64,000 bases of DNA from an uncultured Azospirillaceae bacterium (lineage in GTDB: Bacteria; Pseudomonadota; Alphaproteobacteria; Rickettsiales; UBA3002): positions 348 to 64,347 of the forward strand of contig CAYGTO010000003.1 of the NCBI GenBank assembly GCA_964352815.1, given 5' to 3'. The notes under the pieces are model-generated. The model saw nothing but the letters and a program-made list of their open reading frames with translations. It did no database searches and was not told the DNA's origin. Shown here one piece after another: positions 46,462 through 54,705 of the stretch; the first letter of the stretch is position 1, and every line of letters starts with the position of its first letter. The position numbers and the translations under genes are program-made.

Positions 46462-46965
46462 ACTTTCTTTTCTTCTTTCACTGCTAGCTGGCAGTGATCC
46501 AGCTGCTTAAACCGCCAGGACGCGAACCGCTCATAAAACTGATCCCCCAGCCAATAAAAGGGTTTAAACCGCGCAAGCCACGCGAGCGCTTTTCAGAGTG
46601 GCAAGTATTTCCAAATTTCGATAAAGGCATCCAGCCCAATATAAAGCCGACCCCTGCTCATCTTCGGCATGCAAATATATCAGCGCCTGAATGCGGATAA
46701 AGGGCTTCCCCTCCACCGCTTCCGGCTCCCGCGCGACATCCCGCCAGACAAACACCCCCTCCGGCGGGAATAATACTCCTTAGGATTGTACTTCGTCGTT
46801 TCGTGCCACAGTGTCTCGATCTACTGATCGACCGGCGGCTTGAAAAGCTGGTCGAGCAAACGAACGAGTTCTACTTAAGCAGGTAAAGCTAACCGCTTCT
46901 TCCTGTCTCGGATCCCCCGTCCGCCGCTTAGGCAGCGGGCGGGGGGGGGCACCTTTTCCACCGAT

Positions 46966-47044
46966 GTCATTGCCACGGTAAGCGAGCAGAAAGCGAGCGC
47001 ATCCAGGCAATCTATTCACATGAAGTCAGCAGATTTCACGTGAA
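46966..47044 (+). repeat. Palindromic dispersed element, family 1
   Basis: GTCATTGCCACGGTAAGCGAGCAGAAAGCGAGCGCATCCAGGCAATCTATTCACATGAAGTCAGCAGATTTCACGTGA. See 3616 and 10791. Confidence 0.7.
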
Positions 47045-47124
47045 ACACACTATGACTACTGTCATAGTGTGTTGTGGATTCCCTGTGACCTCGCGCTACT
47101 GCGCTCGGCACGTGGGAATGACGA

Positions 47125-48948
47125 TTACGAGGCTTTTTTGGCCGCCCGGCTCGCCTTCTTCCGCTCATTCGGATCCAGCTCACGTTTACGCAAACGGAGA
47201 CTTTTAGGCGTGACTTCCACCAGCTCATCTTCCTGAATGTAGGAAATCATCTCCTCTAACACAAGCTTGCGCGGCGGCACGAGGCGCACCGCTTCATCCG
47301 TCCCTGAGGCACGAACGTTGGTCAGCTGCTTGCCTTTGAGCACATTAATCTCAAGGTCATTATCACGGCTATGCTCGCCGACAATCATCCCCTGATAGAC
47401 CTTATCCTGCGGGTTAATGAACATCACGCCGCGATCCTGCAAATTGAAAATGGCATAGGCCACTGCCTCGCCCTGATCGGTCGAGATCAGCGCACCATTG
47501 CGCCGCCCTTCAATGTCACCCTTGTAGGGGCCGTGGCTGTGATAGAGCCGGTTCATCACGCCAGTCCCGCGCGTATCGGTCAGAAACTCGCTCTGATAGC
47601 CGATCAGCCCGCGTGAGGGCGCGAGGAAGGTGATTCGCGTTTTGCCCCCGCCTGAAGGGCGCATATCGCTCATCACGCCTTTGCGCATCGAAATTTTCTC
47701 CACCACCGAACCGGAATGTTCCTCATCGACATCGACGACGACCTCTTCCATCGGCTCCAGCAATGCGCCGTTCTCTTCTTTCAGTAACACGCGCGGGCGC
47801 GAGACTGACATTTCAAAGCCCTCGCGGCGCATGGTTTCAATCAACACGCCGAGCTGTAATTCACCGCGCCCCCCCACTTCATAGGCGTCTGAATTTTCAG
47901 ATTCCGTTACGGTAATCGCGACATTCGTTTCCGCCTCGGCGAGCAACCGGTCACGAATCATCCGGCTCGTCACCTTGCTACCTTCCTGCCCGGCAAAGGG
48001 TGAATCATTCACGCTGATCGTGATCGCCATGGTCGGCGGATCAATCGGTGTCGAAGGAATTGGCTCACTTACCGCCGGGTCACAAATCGTGTCCGAGACC
48101 GAGGCAATGTTCGTCCCCGCGATCGAAATAATATCCCCCGCCTGCGCCTCTTCCACCGGCACACGCTCCACGCCTTTGAACGACATCAGCTTGGTCAAAC
48201 GCCCAGTTTCAATCTGTTTTCCCTCAAGGTTCAGCACCTTAATCGGCGCGTTCAGCTTCGCCGTGCCGCTGGCCACGCGGCCTGTCAGAATCCGGCCCAG
48301 GAAAGAATCCGATTCCAGCAGCGTCCCAAGCATCGCGAACGGCGCATCCTGATCGACTTCTGGCGCGGGCACATGTTTGATAATCAGCTCGAGCATCGGC
48401 GTCAAATCCTTACGCTCACCGTCAAGCTCGGTGGTGCACCAGCCATCGCGGCCGGACGCATAGAGAATCGGGAAATCGAGCTGTTCTTCGCTGGCATCGA
48501 GCGCGGCGAACAGGTCAAACACCTCATCCACCACCTCATCGGGGCGGCCATCCGGGCGGTCGACCTTATTGATCACCACCATTGGCCGCAAACCTTGCGC
48601 CAGCGCTTTACCCAGCACAAATTTCGTCTGCGGCATCGGCCCTTCCGCCGCATCGGTGAGCAAAATCACCCCGTCGGCCATATGCAGAATCCGCTCCACC
48701 TCGCCGCCAAAGTCCGCGTGACCGGGCGTATCGATGATATTAATCCGCGTCTCTTCCCAATCGATCGAGGTACATTTCGCCAGAATCGTAATGCCGCGCT
48801 CTTTCTCCAAATCATTGGAATCCATCACCCGTTCCTGCACATTCTGATTGTCACGGAACGTACCCGACTGCTGCAAAAGCGAGTCAATCAGCGTGGTTTT
48901 GCCATGGTCTACATGGGCGATGATGGCGATGTTTCTTAGCTGGGTCAT
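47125..48948 (-). CDS. typA: Translational GTPase TypA/BipA
   Basis: [39 protein letters not shown], and the rest BipA-like. The ORF-track N-terminal extension runs through a repeat and is rejected. Confidence 0.92.
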   Translation of the reverse strand: MTQLRNIAIIAHVDHGKTTLIDSLLQQSGTFRDNQNVQERVMDSNDLEKERGITILAKCTSIDWEETRINIIDTPGHADFGGEVERILHMADGVILLTDAAEGPMPQTKFVLGKALAQGLRPMVVINKVDRPDGRPDEVVDEVFDLFAALDASEEQLDFPILYASGRDGWCTTELDGERKDLTPMLELIIKHVPAPEVDQDAPFAMLGTLLESDSFLGRILTGRVASGTAKLNAPIKVLNLEGKQIETGRLTKLMSFKGVERVPVEEAQAGDIISIAGTNIASVSDTICDPAVSEPIPSTPIDPPTMAITISVNDSPFAGQEGSKVTSRMIRDRLLAEAETNVAITVTESENSDAYEVGGRGELQLGVLIETMRREGFEMSVSRPRVLLKEENGALLEPMEEVVVDVDEEHSGSVVEKISMRKGVMSDMRPSGGGKTRITFLAPSRGLIGYQSEFLTDTRGTGVMNRLYHSHGPYKGDIEGRRNGALISTDQGEAVAYAIFNLQDRGVMFINPQDKVYQGMIVGEHSRDNDLEINVLKGKQLTNVRASGTDEAVRLVPPRKLVLEEMISYIQEDELVEVTPKSLRLRKRELDPNERKKASRAAKKAS

Positions 48949-48959
48949 AGTTTTTATTT

Positions 48960-49036
48960 GCTCCCGCTCCGGCCGTCTGGCCTGCGCGATGAGCCTAACG
49001 CCTGCGGCGACTAAAGGCTCGGTCTGCTGACCTCGA
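48960..49036 (-). repeat. Dispersed element, family 3, abutting the typA start
   Basis: Reverse complement reads CGAGGTCAGCAGACCGAGCCTTTAGTCGCCGCAGGCGTTAGGCTCATCGCGCAGGCCAGACGGCCGGAGCGGGAG. Copies at 12223, 51344 and 56787. Confidence 0.6.
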
Positions 49037-49099
49037 AGCATTCTCCTTTATGTGTGAATGTATGCTGCGCGCTGTATAGCGTGCTGCACTGCGAAAAGA

Positions 49100-49975
49100 A
49101 AGGGGTTTTTGTAAGCTGTCATTCCCTGAATTTTGTGAAACAAAATTCTAAGGGAATCCAGTGCGTGTGGCTCTGGATTCCCTTAGAATGCGACGCATTC
49201 GGGCAATGACATCATCAGCAGGCGCAGGCAAGGCGCATAAGAAAAGAAAGATGCGCGCCCGCCCCGCCGCGATCAGTGCGGCTTTCTTCTCTGGTGTCAT
49301 CGGTTTTACTCCTTTTCATCCGATAACGTGACTACACGAGGCTACCTGCTGGCGGCCTCGGACTTCAAGTTCCTAAGAACAAAAGAAATCTATGAATGAT
49401 AGCATGGTAAGGGCCTGGAATTATGTGACAAAATGATGAAGATTTTCGGCTACATCGTCATTGCGAGCGGCGAAGCCGCGTGGCACCCGGAGCGAAGCGG
49501 GTGACACACAAGATCCCGGCCTTCGCCGGAGTTGCGGCTCCTGTAATTGTCACCCCGTCGCATGACAGAGTCTCCTTACTCTTGCCGAGAGCCTACGGCG
49601 TACAGATGGAGACCCCGCAATAAATGCGGGGTGACAGATTGGAGTATTTCCGCACTGCACAAAGCCCCTTGACAGGTCAGCAAAACTATGTTCAACTGTA
49701 GTCATCGTGTTGATTTAACCAAATTGCGGACACGTAAAATAACCGGCTAAAGAGGAACTTCCAGACACCTGTTCTCCTTTAGCCATATGTAAACTGCTAA
49801 AACGGATGGCGTTTGTTGTCATTCCAACGGTGAGCATGCAGTAGCATGCGAGTCCATGGAATCCACAACAGCCAAATGTCAGGAGACATTTGGCGTCAGA
49901 AAAAATCTCCTGATTTTTTCTTCCTGGATTGCCTGCGACTCATGGTCTTCTGACCATTCGCGCGTGGCAATGACA
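49100..49975. repeat. Dense nest of at least six GTCAT..ATGAC palindromic elements in a ~0.95-kb non-coding gap
   Basis: Elements starting near 49118, 49452, 49545, 49815, 49880 and 49924, read directly. Confidence 0.6.
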
Positions 49976-49997
49976 GCGATCGTCGTAAGGAGAAACC

Positions 49998-51308
49998 ATG
50001 TCTGATCTACCCACCAACCTACACCCCGAAACCCTGGCCGTGCGCGCGGGCGCTAAGCCTGACCCAGCGACTGGCGCGGCGCAAACGCCGATCTATCAGA
50101 GCGCGAGCTTTGTGTTTGAGGATACCGATCACGCGGCGCGGCTGTTTAGCCTGCAGGAGTTCGGCAATATCTATTCGCGCCTGACTAACCCCACCGTCGG
50201 TGCGCTACAAGATCGCGTGGCAGCGCTCGAAGGCGGCGTCGGCGCGGTGGCCACGGCCTCGGGTCATGCGGCGCAGCTCACCGCCTTCTTCAACCTGCTC
50301 CAGCCCGGCGATAATATCGTCGCCTCGAACAAGCTCTATGGCGGCTCAATCACTCAGCTCAGCAAGAGTTTCAAGCAGTTCGGCTGGGAGGCGAAATTCG
50401 CCGATATTACTGATCCCGAAAGTTTCAAACCGCTGATCGATGCGAACACCAAAGCGCTCTATGCCGAGACGCTTTCGAACCCTGAAGGCACGGTCGCAGA
50501 CATTGAAGCGCTCGCAAAAATCGCCCATGAGGCAGGGATTCCGCTGATTGTCGATAATACGATTGCAACGCCCTTCCTGTGTAAGCCAATCGAATGGGGC
50601 GCGGATATTGTGATTCTCTCGACAACGAAATATCTAACTGGGAATGGCTCGACCATTGGCGGCATCATTGTCGATTCCGGGAAATTTGACTGGGCACAGA
50701 ATGATAAATTCCCGCTGCTCGCAAAGCCCGATGATTCCTATCACGGCCTGACCTTCACCGAGAGTTTCGGCAACCTCGCTTTCTTCGTGCGCACCATCGC
50801 GGTGGGCTTGCGTGATTTGGGCGCATGCCAGTCGCCATTCAATGCATTCCTCACGCTGACCGCACTGGAGACACTGCATTTACGCATCGAACGCCATAGC
50901 CAAAGCGCGCTGAAAATCGCAGAATATTTAGCGAATCATCCGGCCGTTGCCGAGGTCACCCACCCTGCCCTGCATGAGAATGAAAACAAGAAGCGCCTCG
51001 AGAAATATTTCCCCAAAGGCGCGAGCGGCCTGTTTGCGATCAAGCTCAAAGCGGGGTATGAGGCCGGCAAAGCGCTGGTGGAAAACACGCAGCTCTTTTT
51101 GCATTTGGCGAATCTCGGCGATTCACGCTCGCTGATTGTGCATCCGGCATCGACGTCACACTCACAGCTCACTGACGCGCAAAAAGAAGCGGCTGGCGTG
51201 GGGCCAGACGTGGTGCGTTTGTCGATCGGGCTGGAGCATCCGGATGATTTGATTGCTGATTTAGAGCAGGCACTTGCGGCGGTTTCAGAAACCAAAGCTG
51301 CAGCCTAG
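49998..51308 (+). CDS. metY: O-acetylhomoserine sulfhydrylase (PLP-dependent)
   Basis: Cys/Met-metabolism PLP family. LSTTKYLTGNGSTIGG (PLP Lys). N-terminal ETLAVRAG...PIYQSASFVF. Confidence 0.9.
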   Translation: MSDLPTNLHPETLAVRAGAKPDPATGAAQTPIYQSASFVFEDTDHAARLFSLQEFGNIYSRLTNPTVGALQDRVAALEGGVGAVATASGHAAQLTAFFNLLQPGDNIVASNKLYGGSITQLSKSFKQFGWEAKFADITDPESFKPLIDANTKALYAETLSNPEGTVADIEALAKIAHEAGIPLIVDNTIATPFLCKPIEWGADIVILSTTKYLTGNGSTIGGIIVDSGKFDWAQNDKFPLLAKPDDSYHGLTFTESFGNLAFFVRTIAVGLRDLGACQSPFNAFLTLTALETLHLRIERHSQSALKIAEYLANHPAVAEVTHPALHENENKKRLEKYFPKGASGLFAIKLKAGYEAGKALVENTQLFLHLANLGDSRSLIVHPASTSHSQLTDAQKEAAGVGPDVVRLSIGLEHPDDLIADLEQALAAVSETKAAA

Positions 51309-51343
51309 AGGGACCCGCTGTTTAACATAGAGCGCAGCCAGTA

Positions 51344-51409
51344 GGCGAAGCCCTTTAGTGCGCGTAAGCGCTTAGGCTCATCGCGAGACCAGACGGTCGA
51401 GCGGGAGCG
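51344..51409 (+). repeat. Dispersed element, family 3, abutting the metA start
   Basis: GGCGAAGCCCTTTAGTGCGCGTAAGCGCTTAGGCTCATCGCGAGACCAGACGGTCGAGCGGGAGCG. Confidence 0.55.
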
Positions 51410-51421
51410 ATTGAGAGAACC

Positions 51422-52372
51422 ATGCCCATCTTGCTCGACCCCGCATTGCCCATCGCAGAGATTCTGCGCGAAGAGGGATATGATGTGCGCCCCGCCGGCA
51501 GTATGGGGGAGCGGATTCGCATTGGCTTGCTGAACTTAATGCCCAACAAGGAGACCACGGAAGAACATTTCGCGCGGGTACTCACCCATCCAACCAAGTC
51601 AGTGCAGATGGTGCCGCTGCGGCTGCAACATCATGCCTATACGAAAATTGATCCAGAACATCTGCAACAATTCTATGTGCCATGGTGCGAGGCACTCTCG
51701 CAGCTGGATGCGGTGATTGTTACGGGGGCGCCGGTCGAACAGCTTCCCTATGAGGAGGTCGGCTATATTGAGGAGCTGAGAGAGTGTTTCGATGCGCTGG
51801 AAGCGCAGACCATTCCCAGCCTCTTCATCTGCTGGGGAGCGCAAGCCGCGCTGCATCATTTTTGTGGCTTAGAAAAAGCCGTGCTGCCACAGAAACTGCT
51901 CGGGCTGTATGAGCATCAGGCGGTGGCTAACGACCCTATCTTTCGTCACCTCCCGCCCACATTTGCCATCCCCGTCGCGCGGCGCACTGCGATCCCAGAT
52001 GATGAACTTCGGAGCCATCCTGAGCTGCGCGTGATTTGCGACTCGCTGCAATCAGGGGTGAGCGCATTGGCGCATCATACATTGCCGCATGTCTATATGT
52101 TCAACCATTTTGAATATACATCGGAAACCATTGGCCACGAATATTTGCGCGATTGGCGCGCAGGAATCGATACCAGTTTTCCCTATAATTATTACAGGAA
52201 TGAAGAAACGCTGAGTATCCCGCCGCATCATTGGCGCCCCCATGCGGAAGCGTTCTTTTCGTGTTGGATCGATCATGCGGCGGATGCACCGAGTGAAGAA
52301 AAAGACGTTGATCTGTGCCATCACAATATAACAGCAAGGCCCTCTTTCGAGATATCGCAATTGGAAAGTTAG
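51422..52372 (+). CDS. metA: Homoserine O-acyltransferase, MetA family
   Basis: MPI...LREE N-terminus, LLNLMPNK, GAPVE, FICWGAQAAL (active-site Cys). Confidence 0.88.
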   Translation: MPILLDPALPIAEILREEGYDVRPAGSMGERIRIGLLNLMPNKETTEEHFARVLTHPTKSVQMVPLRLQHHAYTKIDPEHLQQFYVPWCEALSQLDAVIVTGAPVEQLPYEEVGYIEELRECFDALEAQTIPSLFICWGAQAALHHFCGLEKAVLPQKLLGLYEHQAVANDPIFRHLPPTFAIPVARRTAIPDDELRSHPELRVICDSLQSGVSALAHHTLPHVYMFNHFEYTSETIGHEYLRDWRAGIDTSFPYNYYRNEETLSIPPHHWRPHAEAFFSCWIDHAADAPSEEKDVDLCHHNITARPSFEISQLES

Positions 52373-53313
52373 GCTGCGCTTTGCGTGACCGCGAGCGGGC
52401 GCATAGTGCCCTGATGCTCATGCGTATTGACAGAGGGTTTGGGCTCCGCAACGTGCTGGTGATGGCCGCGCTCAATCGCACGATCCACGGTTTCTTTATC
52501 GATGCCAAAAAGCGCACTAATGCCATACGTCGCCGGGTAATAAACGGTTTGGCTCGCCCAGCTATCCCATTGCTTTGCTTTATCTGGGAACAATGCACGT
52601 GCGCCAAGCAGTACAACACTGCTCATAATTTTTCCATTAATCGTATGGAACACATTTCCACGCCAGCGTTTTCCGAATGATTCTTTCGGAGGATGCCGGT
52701 GGTGGTGAGCATGCGCTTTACTTGCGCAACCGCTACCATGCACGCTACCGCATGTGCTTCCCTTAGCTTCTTTTTCATGATCCCCATCACAATGATCGTG
52801 AATTCCCATTGCGGTCACAAACAATGCTGAAATTGGAAGTGAGTAGACAGTCCATAAGAACGCATGCGGCAGGTGGCTCACCTCATGCTTATAAAGCTCA
52901 GTCGCATAGGCTCGCGTTTCAGGATCCCATGAAGATTTACCATGGTCTTTCGCCCACTGGCGCGCCGCACTATCAGCGCCACCTTTAAACGCCCACCCCG
53001 CCGTATATTCAAGACCGCCTTCAAGGGCACGCATAAAGCCTGGGACATATTGCTGCGTCGCAATGGTCGGTAAGACCGCCGCCACATCGCCAAGCACCTC
53101 ACCTTTTAGCCAATCGGTCCAATGATGTTGATGACCGCAACCAATGCGGAAAAAGCGCTCACTAAACCACGAGCCTGCAGGTGACCCACCAAGCAGATCG
53201 AGCGTCGCACAACTCACCGCATGGTTAATCGTATAGGCGATATCCTCCGCCTGTTGCTCAGGCGTTTTGTCGCGTTCTTTATCGATCGCTTTCTGTACGT
53301 AATTTGGCCGCAT
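52369..53313 (-). CDS. Hypothetical His/Cys-rich membrane protein
   Basis: SD AAGGAA before the Met at 53313. HDHCDGDHEKE..CGSVHGSGCASKAHAHHHRH segment. Its stop overlaps the metA stop (TTAG). Confidence 0.55.
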   Translation of the reverse strand: MRPNYVQKAIDKERDKTPEQQAEDIAYTINHAVSCATLDLLGGSPAGSWFSERFFRIGCGHQHHWTDWLKGEVLGDVAAVLPTIATQQYVPGFMRALEGGLEYTAGWAFKGGADSAARQWAKDHGKSSWDPETRAYATELYKHEVSHLPHAFLWTVYSLPISALFVTAMGIHDHCDGDHEKEAKGSTCGSVHGSGCASKAHAHHHRHPPKESFGKRWRGNVFHTINGKIMSSVVLLGARALFPDKAKQWDSWASQTVYYPATYGISALFGIDKETVDRAIERGHHQHVAEPKPSVNTHEHQGTMRPLAVTQSAA

Positions 53314-53463
53314 AGGTTCCTTACATTTCTGCAATAGACCATTATGGCAGCGAAAAGGTAGCATGACTAGGGGGTTAGAGGAAATGTCATGAAATCTTCA
53401 CATTCCTTGTTTTCACCAAAACTTGCCATATTTTTAGAGAAAGAAACAAATTTAGGAGATCAT

Positions 53464-54153
53464 ATGATCACTCCCTACCCTTACAATGAACTTGGCCACG
53501 CGCATCATGGCTGGCTCGACACGCGGCACCATTTCAGTTTCGCGAGTTACCACAACCCTGCTCGCATGGGCTTTGGCTCGTTGCGCGTCATCAATGACGA
53601 CATCATTGCGGCGGGCACGGGCTTTGGCATGCACCCACATCGCGATATGGAGATCATCACCTATGTGCGCAAAGGCGCGATCACCCATCAGGATAATCAA
53701 GGCAACCAAGGCCGCACTGAAGCGGGCGATGTACAAGTGATGAGCGCCGGCAGCGGCATCATGCATTCGGAATATAATCACGAAGATGATGACACGGTGA
53801 TCTATCAAATATGGATCGAGCCGAACCAACATGGGGTTGCGCCGCGCTGGGATGCGCGCGAATTCCCTAAGGAAGCGAGCAACCAACTCACCCTGCTCGT
53901 CTCGGGTGATGGCAGGGCGCCGCTTCAGATTCATCAAGATGCCTATCTCTATGCCGGCACCCTCGCAGCGGGCAGCGAACTGACGCAAGCGATCACGCAT
54001 CAGGCGTATCTTTTGGTCTCCGACGGCAGTGTGACGCTCGACGGCCATACGCTGAACAAAGGCGATGGCGCAGAAATCACGGATGTGGATCGGGTGAACC
54101 TTACCGCAAATAGCGACGCAGAATTGCTGCTGATTGATGTGCCGGCGGCATAA
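53464..54153 (+). CDS. Pirin-family protein
   Basis: SD AGGAG. GWLDTRHHFSFASY and GFGMHPHRDMEIITYVRKG cupin metal motif. Confidence 0.88.
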   Translation: MITPYPYNELGHAHHGWLDTRHHFSFASYHNPARMGFGSLRVINDDIIAAGTGFGMHPHRDMEIITYVRKGAITHQDNQGNQGRTEAGDVQVMSAGSGIMHSEYNHEDDDTVIYQIWIEPNQHGVAPRWDAREFPKEASNQLTLLVSGDGRAPLQIHQDAYLYAGTLAAGSELTQAITHQAYLLVSDGSVTLDGHTLNKGDGAEITDVDRVNLTANSDAELLLIDVPAA

Positions 54154-54363
54154 CAATACCTAAGAGCCTGAAAGCGTTAGAGATGGCTGCTACTTAAAGA
54201 TAGTGATACTGCATCTGCAGCTAATGATTTTACTTTGAAGGCCGGCCTGTTGGAAATAGCTGGGTCTCAGCTACGCATCGAATGGCGCCTCGATACACTC
54301 GGCTTATTCTCTGCAAGCTTCTCCCATCACCATCATAAATAAGCTTACTAAGCTTTTTTATGA

Positions 54364-54439
54364 TGGTGATCCCGACAGGATTCGAACCTGTGACCCTCTG
54401 ATTAAAAGTCAGATGCTCTACCAACTGAGCTACGGGATC
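54364..54439 (-). tRNA. tRNA-Lys (anticodon UUU)
   Basis: Hand-folded: acceptor GATCCCG/CGGGATC, anticodon stem TCTGA/TCAGA with loop CTTTTAA, T-loop TTCGAAT, encoded CCA. Confidence 0.95.
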
Positions 54440-54615
54440 ACGCTGCGGCACGCCGCGTGGAAGCATGAACATACGCAAATGCGCTGTTTTGTCAATGGCA
54501 TCACCTAAGATTTTCTAATTTAGAATTATTTTAATTTCAAGCGAAACCATTCACCGGTTTTTGGCGAGTTTCTGCACTATGCGCATTGCTGCAACGCGTC
54601 AAAACCCCCTGATTT

Positions 54616-54660
54616 CTTCACATAAGCGTCACACACATCACGTGCTCCCTAGGGTACAGT
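54616..54660 (+). promoter_or_regulatory. Pho-box-like direct repeat plus -10 hexamer
   Basis: CTTCACATAAGCGTCAC (plus a third phased repeat, TCACGTG), 22 nt, TACAGT. Confidence 0.4.
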
Positions 54661-54705
54661 GGTGGGATTAGCGTACATATAACCATTTAAAATTAAGAGA
54701 ATACT

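Noticed and set aside
49148-49300. 50-aa minus-strand ORF (MTPEKKAALIAAGRARIFLF...) with a good SD upstream of typA
   Set aside because: Two thirds of it is the translation of a palindromic repeat. It is kept only as a remark, because support beyond the SD is lacking.
49100-49975. Possibility that the recurring GTCAT...ATGAC repeats form a CRISPR array
   Set aside because: The repeats belong to several different families, are themselves long foldbacks, are irregularly spaced and sometimes nested, and are scattered over the whole window. I recognised no cas genes.
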